Shown: positions 14,505 to 27,080 of the stretch, piece by piece
How positions within the stretch are numbered: the first letter of the stretch is position 1
Layout of the letters: each line of letters opens with the position of its first letter
Assembly (NCBI GenBank): GCA_951406725.2
Contig: OX597823.1
Location: forward strand, 36,394,001-36,458,000
From: Octopus vulgaris
Lineage: Eukaryota
Length of the DNA: 64,000 nucleotides
Reading direction: 5' to 3'
Made by a program: the position numbers and the translations under genes
The notes under the pieces: model-generated
What the model was told of the DNA's origin: nothing
Databases searched by the model: none
Seen by the model: the letters and a program-made list of their open reading frames with translations, nothing else

Positions 14505-15492
14505 CATCAACTTCCAGTGGGGTAAGCTAGAGGTAGTAGATAGCTTCCGTTATCTAGGTGACCAAGTTAGTAGTGGAGGTGGATGCTCTGAGAGTGTAGC
14601 TGTGAGAATAAGAATAGGTTGGGCAAAGTTCAGAGAGCTCCTACTTCTGCTAGCAACAAAGGGCCTCACCCTCAGAGTGAAAGGCAGAAAGTATAACACC
14701 TGTGTGAGAAGTGCTATGCTGCATGGTAGGGAAACATAGGCTGTGACAGCTGAGGATATGTGTAGGCTTGAAAGAAACAAAGCCCGTATGCATCACTGGA
14801 TGTGCAATGTCAGTGTGCATGTACGACAGAGTATAAGCATCTTGAGAGAAAAGCTGGCCATAAGAGGCATCAGATATGGTGGGCAAGTGAGATAACTACA
14901 CTGTTATGGTCATGTGATGTGCATGGATGAAGACAGCTGTATAAAGAAGTGTTGATCCCTAACAATGGAGGGAACCCGTGGAAGAGGTAGAGCCAGAAAG
15001 ACATGGGAGAATGTGGTGAAGCATGATCTTTGAACTTTGGGCCTCACAGGGACAATGACTAATGACTGAGACCTTTGGCAATAGGCTGTGCTGTGCTTGA
15101 GAAGACCTGTTAAGCCAAGTAGAATTATAGTCATGGCAGATACTGGTGTCAGGCAAATAGCACCTGTGCTGCTATCATGTAACTGGCATGTAAAAAGCAC
15201 CTTTCGAGTGTTGGGCCTCATGGAGGCAAAGTGGCCAATGCTGGCAGCACATGAAAAGCTCCTTTTGAGTGTTGGACCTCATGGAGTCCCAACACACAAA
15301 TGGCATCTGTGCTGGTGGCACATAAATGCACCCATTACACTCTCAGAGTGGTTAGTGCTAGGAAAGGCATCCAATCGTAGAAACCATGCCAAATCAGACT
15401 GGAGTCTGGTGCAGCCTTCCAGCTTACCAGCCCTGGTCAAACCATCCAACCCATGCCAGCATGGACAATGGACATTAAATGATGATGATGAT
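14505..15492 (+). mobile_element. 5'-truncated RTE LINE (RT C-terminus plus 3' UTR, (GAT)n tail)
   Basis: LEVVDSFRYLGD..RIGWAKFRELL..RGRARKTW; 3' end ...catggacaatggacattaaatgatgatgat. Confidence 0.88.
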
Positions 15493-15744
15493 GGGTGTAT
15501 ATATATATGTGTGTGTGTGTTGTTTATTTAAAGGCCACAATGCATGTATTAAGGCTCTATTAATAGTTTCATATGTTGAGAGAACTTAAACATATTCTTC
15601 AAGTGCAAACCAAATATCATAACATGAAACTATTAGTAGCACCTGTGACATTCAAATAAATAATATTTATCTCTCACCAGATGGAGTACATTTTTTTGGT
15701 GAATTTTCTGTCACAGGCCAGTACATTATATACATCCTATATAT

Positions 15745-16070
15745 ATCATCATCATCATCATCATAGTTTAACATCCGTTTTTCCATGCTAGCATGGGTTG
15801 GATGGTTCGACCGGGGTCTGGGAAGCCAGGAGGCTGCACCAGGCTCCAGTCTGATCTGGCAGTGTTTCTGCAGCTGGATGCCCTTCCTAACGCCAACCAC
15901 TCCGTAAGTGTAGTGGGTGCTTTTTACATGCCACTGGCACAGGGGCCAAAGGAAGCTGGCAAAAGGCCATGATTGGTTTGTGTTTTTACATGTTACCGAC
16001 ATGGATGCCAGTCAGGTGGCGCTGGCATCTGCCATGTTCAGACGGTGCTTTTAACGTGTCACCAGCACGG
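15745..16070 (-). mobile_element. RTE 3'-end-only copy
   Basis: (ATC)n then tttaacatccg..ccatgctagcatgggttgg, as at 35973. Confidence 0.8.
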
Positions 16071-16184
16071 GTATCTTAATACCTATTTTTAGCAATAAAC
16101 TATTACCATAAACAACATGTTGGGCATAAGGACAGGAACTGAACAGGAAACAGTATAGGACATGGAACAGTGTAATGGTAAATG

Positions 16185-17493
16185 GGAACTGTGGATTTAG
16201 AGATGTATTACTCGAAGCCTTTGACGAAATAGAAGGGGATATAGCTTCACATGATGTGGAAGACAACTGGAGGTTTCTACAGGACAACCTGCTGAGGGCC
16301 ACTGACCAGATCTGTGGATGGTGCAAAGTCCCCTCTCGACCCAAGATAAGGTGGTGGTGGAACAATGTTATTGACAGGGCTATTAGAGAATAGAAACAAG
16401 CTTGGAAGGACTGGAAGAACGGTGGTAGCAGGGAATTGTATCAGACTGCCAGAAGGGAAGCTAGGAGACAGGTTTATTTAGCCGGAGGGGACGCAGATAA
16501 AAAAAAATTGCCAATGTTCTGTGCCGTGAGGACCAAAGACTTGAGTTATTTCATGCTGCAAGACAGTGTGTGAGAGAGAATCATGATGTAGGAGAGAAAT
16601 GTGTCCGCATAGATGATGGTTCACTTGCACTAAATGAGGCTGCAAATAGAGAGGTTTGGAGAAGCCACTGTGAAAGGTTGCTCAATAAAGAAAAGGAATG
16701 GGAGAAAGAGAGTCTGCCGAATGTTGACCCAACAGAGGGACCAGCTATCCAAATTGGCAGTACCTTGGTAGATAAAGCAATTAAGAGTATGAAGACAGGG
16801 ATGCTCAAAATATCTGGCGGCGTCAGCAATAGCCTAGTCACCCGTATTGTTAACCAGGTGATACATGAAGGAGTCATACCAAATGACTGGTGTAGAAGCA
16901 TAATAGTCAACTGCTACAAAGGTAAAGGAGACGTTTTAGAAACAAAGGATTACAGAGGTATCAAGTTGCTGGATCAGGTGAAGAAGGTCACGGAGAGGGT
17001 CATAGCCCAACTAATTAGAGAGAGAGTCAGTTTAGATGAGATCCAGTTTGGGTTTATGCCAGGGAAAAGCACCACTGATGCCATATTTCTGGTAAGGCAG
17101 CTGCAGGAGAAATACCTTGCCAAAGATAAGCCTCTGTACCTGGCTTTTGTTGACATGGAGAAAGCTTTTGACAGGATTCCCCGATCCTTTATCTGGTGGT
17201 CAATGAGGAAACTAGGGATAGATGAATGGTTAGTGAGAGCTGTGCAAGTCATGTACAGGGACACTGTCAGTAAGGTGAGGGTTGGCAATGAGTACAGTGA
17301 AGAATTCTGGGTAGAGGTAGAGTCCACTAAAGTTCAGTCCTCAGCCCCCTCCTATTTATCATAGTCCTCCAGGCAATAACAGAGGAATTCAAGACAGGAT
17401 GCCCCTGGGAGCTCCTCTATGCTGATGACCTTGCTCTAATTGCTGCATCACTATCAGAACTAGAGAAGTTTCAAGTGTGGAAGCAAGGATTAG
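16185..17493 (+). mobile_element. RTE LINE internal fragment (RT domain)
   Basis: ORFs 16175-16393 and 16570-17364 closely match the 8081 copy; LLYADDL follows a frameshift (~17415). Confidence 0.92.
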
Positions 17494-17494
17494 A

Positions 17495-18860
17495 TGTGGT
17501 GCCCATTGTATGATTCACATGCAGAATATTGCTGTGTGATTGTCACACTGATATCCTTTGCTATTATGGATGAGATAATGCTGCAGGGAGCATCAGTATC
17601 GTGCATCATGTCTATCATGTGCCCATTGAGTGAGACAGATTCAAACACTGGTTTTTTTCCGACGTGTGACTGATAAGAGTCCTGATTCTATCCTAATGAC
17701 TCATCCTGTAAACGTTCCTGGCACTTTAGCAAACTTTTGCATAGTGGCCTTTCTTGTCACAGTTTTCATAGATAGCTTTTATTGCAGGGCATTTGTGTTG
17801 TGGGAACCAGAGTTTTCCACAGCAGTAACAGGATTTGTCACTTACATTTTTTCTTTTATCTTGTGCAGTTGTTTTGGAATAGGCAATAACTTCCCCTTTT
17901 GAATACTACTTGCAAAATTCAGATATTTGTGAAGAACATTGTAAAAATTGTACTGTAGCTTTTAAACTGAGTTCATTTAACTTCATTAGCTTGAAGAACT
18001 TTCTCTCTTTCCTCACTGCTTCTTAGATCGACAACCGAGACAGTATGAGTTTTTCACTCACTGATGTTTTGGATGTTTTCAAACTTTCAAAATTGTAGTA
18101 TTCACTGGTGTGTTGCGGATTTGAAAGAATTTAAGAATTAACTCATTGGGTTGTTGAATAGTAGAGAAGAATTTTGTTCCTTTGGCTAATATCAGTTTCT
18201 TTGAAAGAGCAACATAATTTAGAATAAAAATTTTAGGTTATCATAAGTCATTTTCATAATATTCTTCAGGATATTGATATCTCGCATAATTTTTAATGCT
18301 TGTATTCCTACCAAAGAAGTGAATTTCCTAGCCATAGGACTTTGGTCATTATCTTGTAGGTTATCCTTGAATTCATCCATATAAGCTTTTGCTTCAAATG
18401 TCAGGAGCCAGGTTGAGACATTTTCGGTCGTCATCATCATCATCATCATCGTTTAACATCCGCTTTCCATGCTAGCATGGGTTGGACGGTTTGACTGAGG
18501 GCTGGCAAACCAGATGGTTGCACAGGCTCCAGTCTTGATCTGGCAGAGTTTCTACAGTTGGATGCCCTTCCTAATGCCAACCACTCTGAGAGTGTAGTGG
18601 GTGCTTTTACGTGCCACCGGCATGGGGGCCAGTCAGGCAGTACTGGCAACGACCTCACTCGAATCTTTTTACACATGCCAATGGCACAGGTGCCAGTAAG
18701 GTGATGCTGGTAATGATCCCGCTCAAATGGTGCCTCCTACATGCCACCAGCACGGAAGCCAGTTAGTCGCTCTGGCAATGATCATGCTCAGATGGTGCTC
18801 TTAGCACCCTACTAGCACGGGGCGTCACCAAGAAATTTCCCTTGCTCTATTGGCAATGCC
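17495..18860 (-). mobile_element. Gypsy-like LTR retrotransposon gag-protease relic, interrupted by an RTE 3' fragment
   Basis: Minus strand reads MALPIEQGKFL / ENVSTWLLTFEAKA, zinc knuckles CYCCGK..CPAIKA..NCDKKGHYAKVC, and protease-like NGHMIDMMHDTDAPCSIIS. Confidence 0.7.
18428..18828 (-). mobile_element. RTE 3'-end-only copy inserted in the Gypsy gag
   Basis: (CAT)n gtttaacatccgctttccatgctagcatgggttggacgg plus ~4 tandem units. Confidence 0.8.
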
Positions 18861-19594
18861 ATCGTCAAGATTTGTAATTTACTTATTTTATAAGCATTAG
18901 TATAGGAACAAGGATCAAATAGCCATAAACTGCGATTTTCTATCTCCCCGTAGTGGAAGCACAACCAACAGCAGAACGTATGAGGAGGGGTAACAACATC
19001 AACCATGTAACATCAATTGTGTGTCCCCATTATTTTAATTGCAATATATATAAGAAAAAAACAGACGAGTCCACATAAAACTCATACATGCCATGTGTCT
19101 GGCTGTTTTTAATTATTTAAACAAACACAGCACCTGTCACATACTCTTTAGAAGTTCAATACATGATAGTATGTATGTAAGAATGTATGGTTGTGTGGGT
19201 GCGTGTGTGTGCACACATACACATGAACCCACACACATGTGCGCGCACACACATGTGCGCGCACACACATGTGCGCGCACACACAAACACACACACACAA
19301 CCATATATACATTTATTTCTTCAATGTGAATATGATCCTAATTACATGATGTGGTCATGTCTGAAAGAGAAGTGAATTATATTCTTATCACTCTTCCTCC
19401 CTCACAACCAAGACATCTTATGAAAGAAGTAATATAACTCTGTGTTAATCAAACATAGATATCAGTTATCTACATATTAATTTTGCTATCACCTTCACCA
19501 CAATCATCACTACCATCACCAATATCTTGTTGTCTGTTAGGTTTATTGATTCACAATTGCAAGCTTCCTGCTCACCCTTGATGTATTCTTCCTT

Positions 19595-20290
19595 GTGTGC
19601 AAAGGAGGAGGCTGTGCTGGTTTGGTCATGTGGATGTATGATAACAGTTGCATAAAGAAATGCAGATCTATTAAGATGGAGGGAAGTTGTAGAAGAAGGA
19701 GACCCATGGAGAAATGGGAAAAAGTATTGAAGGCCAACCTCAAAATGCTGAACCTTACAAAGAAGTTGACAGAGGAATGAGGTATGTGGTGCATTGCTGC
19801 ACTCATGAAGACCAGCCCACTGCAACAGAATCAAGATCCTAAAACCAAGGTGCCCCATAAAAAGCATTGGTGTGGGTGCTGGACCCATGTAAAAAGCACC
19901 TAGTACACACTGTAGAGTGGTTGGCATTAGGAAGGGCATCCAGCCATAGAAACCAAGCAAAATAGACTATGGAACTTTTGGCCTTATCAGTTCCTGTCAA
20001 ACTGTTGAACCCATGCCAGTGTGGAAAATGGACGTTAAATCATGATGATGATGATGTTAATGATATATGTGGTTGGTGCAAAGTATTTCTCCTGCACTCT
20101 TGGAGTGGTTGGTATTAGGAAGGACACCCAGCTGTAGAAACATTGCCTGGTGCAGCTGCTGGCTGTCCAGACCTCAGTCAAACCGTCTAACCCATGCCAG
20201 CATGGAAAATGGATGCTAAACGATGATGATGAGGAGGATGAGCATGATGATGATGATGATGATGATTGTGATGATGATGATGATGATGAT
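19595..20290 (+). mobile_element. RTE 3' fragments (ORF end plus 3' UTR, followed by a second 3' end)
   Basis: CIKKCRSIKMEGSCRRRRPMEKW; two successive aacccatgccag..ggaaaatgga..taaa(t/c)..(GAT)n ends. Confidence 0.75.
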
Positions 20291-20559
20291 GATAATAAAC
20301 TGTGTTGTGACTGTGCACTGGTAAATTTCATTTTTTTCTTTTACAAGTGTTATTAAGGTGCAATTATCTTTATTTCTGCAGTCACATAAGTTGTATTGTG
20401 GGGGATAGTTACATACTACTGGATTGGTGTATATAGATGAATTATTATGAGGTGTATTATGATTGATAGGATTATTATAGTTAGTATTATCATTACTATG
20501 TTTGGGGTAGTTATTGAAGTTGTTATTATTATTATTATTATTATTTTTTTTTTTTTTCT

Positions 20560-21212
20560 TCTTTCAAATTTGCTTCCATTTCTTGCCGAGTGTCTTCCCG
20601 ACTCCTAGGGCAAAGAAACTCGTAGTATACATTGGTAGGCCATTAAACTAAACTCAATAGTTCGTTCATTTTTTTTTTTTTTTAAGTTAAATTAAAATAC
20701 ATGAGCAGCAACAGTTCTCACATCGACAATGCTCTTCTCAATACGTGTGATGTACCAGTTAAGACAATCTTTTGCACTTCTTGCAGGGATGGTAAGCCAG
20801 GGATCATTCTCATATAATTTTCGGTTCCCTTCTTGATCATTCCTAGTGCTCCTACGATCACTGGTATTGTAACCGCCTTGAGATGCCACATTTTCTCAAT
20901 TTCAATGAGTAGGTCTTTATATTTTCTGAGCTTGTCAAACTCTTTCGCTGAGATATTATGATCACAGGGGATGCTCATATCGATCAATAAGCAAACTTTA
21001 TTGTTTTGGTCTTTCACAACAATATCTGGTTTATTGGCTTTGATGGTTCGGTCTGTATGTACTGGAAAGTCCCACAGAATGGTTACATTTTCTCCTTCAG
21101 TTACAGCCTCAGGGTGGTGATTATACACTTGTCGGCAGTTTTGATATTGTAATGCCGACTTATTAGCCAGTGTAGATATTGGCCAACTCTGTCATGTCTT
21201 AATTTATACTCC
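20560..21212 (-). mobile_element. R4/Dong-clade non-LTR retrotransposon 3' fragment (RLE endonuclease)
   Basis: HDRVGQYLHW..ILWDFPVHTDRTIKANKPDIVV..LLIDMSIP..KYKDL..IPVIVGALG; flanked on both sides by (TAA)n. Confidence 0.88.
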
Positions 21213-21214
21213 AC

Positions 21215-21268
<54 letters not shown>

Positions 21269-21289
21269 CATTATCATCATCATTATCAA

Positions 21290-21699
21290 TATACCCAAAG
21301 TGACACTGGGGTAAAATATACGAAGCTCAATATACCCATCATGACTACCTGTCTGATAAGGGTACACCAGGCACATGCATCACAACCATATGTGCGTGAC
21401 TTGGTGATCTCATATCAAGATAAACAGCACATGACCTTGCAGGTGGGGCCCAGTTAGAATTTTCTTCAGGTTGAGTAGCCCATCCCGCTCAAAAGGTCCC
21501 TGAATAAGGGTTGTTTAAGGATGTTGAAAGAACCACCCATGTTTCAAGAGGTGAATTATTCAAACCCCAAAGAATCCCTTTCAGCACATGGCTATGATGC
21601 TCCCCCACTATTTCTGCTCGTGATCAGAGATGCACATATCGTCAGCCACTAAGGGACATGCTCAACTAGTTAAGGTCAAACAACTGACAAGCAAATCTG

Positions 21700-21700
<1 letters not shown>
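21290..21700. mobile_element. Unclassified putative interspersed repeat between (TTA)n runs
   Basis: Higher-GC block with sharp microsatellite boundaries; no coding motif recognised. Confidence 0.35.
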
Positions 21701-21743
<43 letters not shown>

Positions 21744-21749
21744 GATATT

Positions 21750-23540
21750 GTACTTCTATCTAAATAAAAATTATCTAGCTTTTTATTATTTAGGGAGGAA
21801 ATGACGCTAGCTAAGTTATGAATAAGACTGTTACCTATCTTTATTGTTTTACTATTAATAATTTCTGAGTACTTGCTATTCTTATCAAAGTGTTTATTTA
21901 TATTTTGAACATAGATTTGACTAAATTAGTTTTAGTTTGCATAGCATACAGGAGTATAAGCCAATTACTATCTTTTGTTTTCCCAATATTACTACCATAC
22001 AACACAATTTTATTGCTGTTTGAGTGATGAATGCTATGTTTATGCTTATTTGTATTTATCCTCTTGTTTTCTATGTTATACACGTTAGTCCCTCCATTGG
22101 TGGTGCTACCTTTAGGTTTCTGCTTATAATATTTTATGTTGGTGTTTTCTTCTTTAGGTACAAGGTCCGACATTTTTGGGGAGCAGGCCAGTCGATTAGA
22201 TCAACCCCAGTATGCAACTGGTACTTAATTTATCAACCCCTGAAAGGATGAAAGGCAAAGTTGACCTTGGCGGAATTTGAACTTAGAACATAATTCCACT
22301 GAGGTCAAGATTGCTTTTCATCCTTTTAGGGTCGATAAATTAAGTACTAGTTGCGTGCTGGGGGTGATCTAATCGGCTGCCCCCCCACAAAAAAAAAATC
22401 GTGTCTTGTGCCTAAAATAGAAAAGAATATTTTATGTTGTTTTTTTGATTAGTGTTATTGTTGGTATTATTTGTACTACGCTTCATTCTCATCATTTCAT
22501 TATTATTGTTGTTATAATTGGTGTTGCAATTTCTATTCTTGTTAGTGTTGGAGATTATAGCTTTCTGTACTTTACTGCTTAATTTAGGTAAATTTTTATA
22601 TTCCTTATTATTGCTATTGATGTTATCTATATTATTACTAGTCATTATATTATTATATGGAATATATTTAATTTTACTTTTGTATCCTGCATTTTAGTGC
22701 CTTGTATTGTTCTTTGTTTATTGAATAAATCCTCATTAGAAGAGAGATAAGAAATTTTTTTACTAATGCTTTTTATAAGAGCTTTTTTTTTATCGATTAT
22801 GGATGATTACTAAAAGAGTGAATATATTTTAAGTTAGAATTTGGTTTCATGTAAGGTTCATGCAGTCCTGTATTTAAATTACAGTTAACATCTAGGTAGT
22901 TGATTGACTAGTTTTCATTCTTTTTAGTGATAGAAAGGGTGAATCTATTGAAAAATTTGTACAAACATTTTTTTAAGTAGTTCTAGGTGTCTGGTAGAGG
23001 TATTTCTAATTATAAAAATGCATCAACCCTGTAGAATCCCCCTCCAAATTCTGGGAATTCCTTATTTAGGTTGTCTAATAGTTATATTCTCACTAAATCA
23101 GTCACTTCCGCTGAATCCAGGGATCTCATTGTTATATCAAAATAATTAGGGATATCCTTTCTTGCTCACAATTTATTATCAAATTTAATAATAGACTTCT
23201 GGGCCTTGAGGATTATGTAGATTTCTTTCAGTGGTTCTTAGCAAAAATAAGAGCACTACTTAAGACAGTAGGGTTTATGAAGGAGTAGTAATTTTGAATA
23301 TCTATTTGTAGAAGTTTATGTTTATCCTTATGTTGTATATTAGAGAACAAACCGATTGCATTTTGGGTACTAGTCCATAATTCAAGTTTAATCTTTTTCC
23401 TAAGGGTAGGTATGTACTTATCTAAAATTGCTTTGCTAAGTTTTCCTAAATCTAATTTATTGGGGTAAATTAATCTAACCTGGGTGTTACTTAAGAAGTT
23501 ATTCTTATGGTCCTTAACTGTGATACAAGGTTTAACCTTA
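21750..23540 (-). pseudogene. Penelope-like element RT/linker relic
   Basis: Minus strand gives MRSLDSAEVTDLV (cf. MGSYDGAEICELV), YRVDA (degenerate YRDD), INYLDVNCNLNTGLHEPYMKPNSNLKYIHSFSNHP, KTNLVKSMFKI..KHFDKNSKY and HNLASVISSLNNKKL; all typical of Penelope/Poseidon-type ORFs. Confidence 0.8.
22150..22420. mobile_element. Two SINE family B fragments in opposite orientation, inserted in the Penelope relic
   Basis: 22150-22290 is minus-strand (ctggtacttaatttatc..gatgaaaggcaaagttgacc); 22295-22420 is plus-strand (ttttcatcc..gataaattaagtactag). Confidence 0.75.
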
Positions 23541-23655
23541 TATGTGTGTGTGTGTGTAAATTAGAGTAAATCACTCTACTGTACTATAACTTACAGTGTG
23601 CTTCTTTTGGGGATTTATGATTTACTGATCATATATATATATATATGTATTTATA

Positions 23656-24458
23656 CAGGGTGGGTGAAAAGAAAGTAGGCATTAAAAATCGGTAATAAAA
23701 TCCATATTCCTTTTACAAATTTATTGAAACAAATGATATATTCTTTATTACATGGGAAAATAAAAGTGAATCTTCATATTTCAACAAAAGCACTGGTGGC
23801 ATCAACCAGTTTCCTCAAACAGTCAGGGATAGATGGAATGAACAACCTTCTGAAAGATGCCACCTGGAATATCCTTGAGAACCTCCTGAATCTGTGTCTC
23901 CATGTCTTCAAGTGTGCGAGGCACTGTCTTGTACACCTCCTCCTTGTAAACTGTAATGGGATTTTCACGGACAAAAATTCAATTCTTTATGCAACATTGT
24001 ACATATTGTGTGTCTTGTTTGTCTACTTTCATGAGCTACTTGATGTGCTGATTTTTGCAGATTGCAATTAAACATTTCTTGCACTGTTGCCATGTTCTCC
24101 GCTGATCGGGATATGTTTGGATGGCCACTTCTTGCACTGTTCACAGAGCCTGTAGTCATCAGCTTTGCATGGCAACTTTTTATTGTCTCTGGATGTAGTG
24201 TTGGATGCTTACCTTTCCAGGCATGCCACCATATCTGAACCAAAACAATGGAATTCCACACTTCATAGCATGCTGCTATCTTAGCTCACCCTTGAAAAGT
24301 CAAGCAACTGGCCATCTGGAAAATAAGAAATAAGACAATAAGAAAATAAAAAATCCCCATTATTGTTGCTTGTTTAAAAAATGTTTTTGTCATGACTTCA
24401 GTGATACTAAAAATTCTATAAGAAACTTCTAATGCCTAGTTACTTTCTACCCACCCTG
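23656..24458 (-). mobile_element. Internally deleted Tc1/mariner element
   Basis: Imperfect TIRs cagggtgggt..aaagtaggcatta / taatgcctagttactttctacccaccctg, TA on the left; transposase N-term (TTGSVNSARSGHP..RSAENMATV) joined to C-term (RKLVDATSAFVEI*). Confidence 0.8.
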
Positions 24459-24462
24459 CATA

Positions 24463-24882
24463 TACTCTCTTTTACTCTTTTACTTGTTTCAGTCATTTGA
24501 CTGCAGCCATGCTGGAGCACCGCCTTTAGTCGAGCAAATTGACCCCAGGACTTATTCTTTGTAAATTGAGTACTTATTCTATCAATCTCTTTTGCCAAAC
24601 TGCTAAGTTATGGGGACATAAAAACACACCAGCATCGGTTGTCAAGCGATGTTTTTTTTTTTTGGGGGGGGGGTTAGACAACTACAGATACACAAACACA
24701 CACACACATATACATATATACAACGGGCTTCTTTCAGTTTCCATTTACCAAATCCACTCACAAGGCTTTGGTTGGCCTGAGGCTATAGTAGAAGACACTT
24801 GCCCAAGGTGCCACACAGTGGGACTGAACCTGGAACTATGTGGTTGGTAAGCAAGCTACATACCACACAGCCACTCCTGTGC
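24463..24882 (-). mobile_element. SINE family A, full-length
   Basis: Reverse complement of the 60997-61390 copy, with (aaaagagt) tail. Confidence 0.85.
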
Positions 24883-25165
24883 TTATATATATATAAATCA
24901 AGAGTAGGACAGCAAGAACACAACAAACAGAAATCCAACAAAAAACATCACATGGAAAAATAGACAGTAATATAACAAATGGGAAACTGAGCAAAAACAA
25001 GATACATGGATCATTTATAGCTAACTTTCTCGTCACTCAGTGTCTGGAAGGTCATAGCAGATTTGTGCTCTTTTACTCCTGAGACCAGCAAGCACCAGAG
25101 CATTAAGCTAAAAGCCATAAGCTTCTGCAAAAGGCAAATGAATGTCTACAAGAACAAGAAAGCAA

Positions 25166-25424
25166 GAATTATACACATACAATAGATGAATGCCTTTCAG
25201 CTATACAACAAAACAAAAATAATGGTACAGTTACAAATAAATAACAGAAAATGTCTTTTGTCTATTAGACAAATGTAACATGATACAGTAATAATGCAAG
25301 TGCAAGAGAACAGGAATTATACATGTACAATAGATAAACACCTTTTGGCTATACAACAAAATGAAAATAATTGTACAGTTACAACATAGATAAATAACAG
25401 AAAGGATCTTTCGTCTATCAGACG
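25166..25424. repeat. Diverged ~148-bp tandem duplication
   Basis: gaattatac..acaatagat..gctatacaacaaaa..gtacagttacaa..ataacagaaa..gtctat.agac occurs twice. Confidence 0.7.
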
Positions 25425-25550
25425 AACATAGTAGGCTGGTGCAAAGGAGAAATGGTAAGTCTTAACAGACTGAGCAGCAGGACAGATGAATGTGACAATA
25501 TATATATTGGTCAGTAGTTTATATAACTGAAAAAGAAGCACACTCTAAAA

Positions 25551-26104
25551 CAGTGGTTCTTAGACTTTTCAAAATCTTTTATGTACCAGTCCCTGACTTG
25601 TGGTCCCCTATAAAATGCAAGATAATCAACACGGCAAAAAATGACATACATTTGTGTACCATAATTTCTGGACTATGAACCACACTGCCCATAGACCCAC
25701 AACACCAAAAACCTCAACTTAATCCAGGCAATGCTCCATTGGGATACATTAAATGCACTTGAAAATATGGAGAATCAGTTGGTCAATTGGTTACAAAACA
25801 AATGAGAAATGAAAAATACCGACAGCACATGCACGATCAACCATTATACCCGCATATTTTCTTTTGGCAATCACACTTGTACAACAAGTGTCATTAGCAA
25901 ATGAGTGTGTAGGAATGATGTGGGTTTTTGAGGTCAACAAGAAAAAAGGATGATAGCATGTGCAAAATTGAAAGTCTTGAAATTTTAAAATTTAACTGTC
26001 TCAAGCCACTCTGTTTTCACAATACTTTAGCATCCCTTCGTGGTTCTCCTAAAATCGTTTCACAGTCATCTTGGGGACCGTGGACCCCAGTTTCAGAACC
26101 ACTG
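25551..26104. mobile_element. Non-autonomous hAT (Charlie-like) element
   Basis: TIR cagtggttct / agaaccactg; perfect 8-bp TSD ctctaaaa (25543-25550, 26105-26112). Confidence 0.92.
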
Positions 26105-26149
26105 CTCTAAAACATTAGCACAGCAGTATAGTTAGATTAGAAGGCTGTT

Positions 26150-26946
26150 TATCATGGCCAGCCATAGAGTGACCATTGCTATCCCTCCTTCTCTTTATAT
26201 CCGCTGGGTCGTCAGCCTCTTCCGTCCCCTACCCTTTTTGTCAGCTGCTGATCCGGTTTCCTCGTATTTCTTAAATAAGCACTGAATTGTGCGCTTGGCT
26301 ACACCAAGTTTTCTGGCTATTGCAGCCTCCGACAGCTTCCCACGTCACGAGAGAGCCTCGTACCGTCTCTCCAAGGTCATGCGAGGTCTTGGGCCCATCT
26401 AGGAATGTACGATAAAAACCAGTTATTTTCATTAAAACTGTTCATTTGAATAATGTTATGCTATAACAAAACTGCTATGAGTTATTATTCATTAAACAAA
26501 AAAGAAAGAAAACAGAATTTCTCACCTTATTTGATGTATAACTGAAAGTTTTGTGAACCGGAAGTGACGTCACCAAGCAGAGTGTAGGAGAATTTGTGAG
26601 GAAAAAAATCTTGCAAATACACAAATCAATTAACCTACGAGCTGTTCAAAACGTCTTACGCGATGAGAAAACTTAGTACGGTGTGATTTCGGTCCTTGCG
26701 AGGCGCTACCTATATCTATTAAACAAAGGAAGATTTGTCTGCATCTGCACTCCAAGTTGTTGTTGCACTGCTATGTCAACATCATTAGGCTGTTGACTCT
26801 CAAACTGCTCTGCAAACAAAGTTACGTCATCGTTCTGCGCAACAGTGAACTCGCAACAAAGCAATAGTTCGAGATATGGCCACTAGGTGACAGCAAATAC
26901 CTTGAGTGAAGAGTAAATCAAGGGTGCTAATTAATTTCTGACGGTA

Positions 26947-26949
<3 letters not shown>
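26150..26949 (-). mobile_element. Tc1-like transposon 5' part (TIR, promoter region, 5' UTR intron, truncated transposase)
   Basis: TIR ta|cactaccgtcagaaattaattagcaccc at a (TA)n run; from ATG 26398: MGPRPRMTLERRYEALS*RGKLSEAAIARKLGVAKRTIQCLFKKYEETGSAADK, frameshift, GRKRLTTQR. Confidence 0.82.
26558..26573 (+). promoter_or_regulatory. Overlapping ETS-CRE composite motif CCGGAAGTGACGTCAC
   Basis: Exact 16-mer, ~33 nt upstream (minus sense) of a putative donor AAG|gtgag at 26525 in the Tc1 leader. Confidence 0.55.
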
Positions 26950-26986
<37 letters not shown>

Positions 26987-27023
26987 AAAAAAGGTTTGAA
27001 AATGCAATTTAAACAATGTTTAT

Positions 27024-27068
27024 TTACTTAACCGGTTTCACTCTTTGGTAAAAGATTGTCAAAAGTAA
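27024..27068 (-). ncRNA. Minimal type I hammerhead ribozyme-like motif (U3-A8 variant)
   Basis: Exact mirror of 30199-30243. Confidence 0.6.
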
Positions 27069-27080
27069 CATTTAAGGAAA

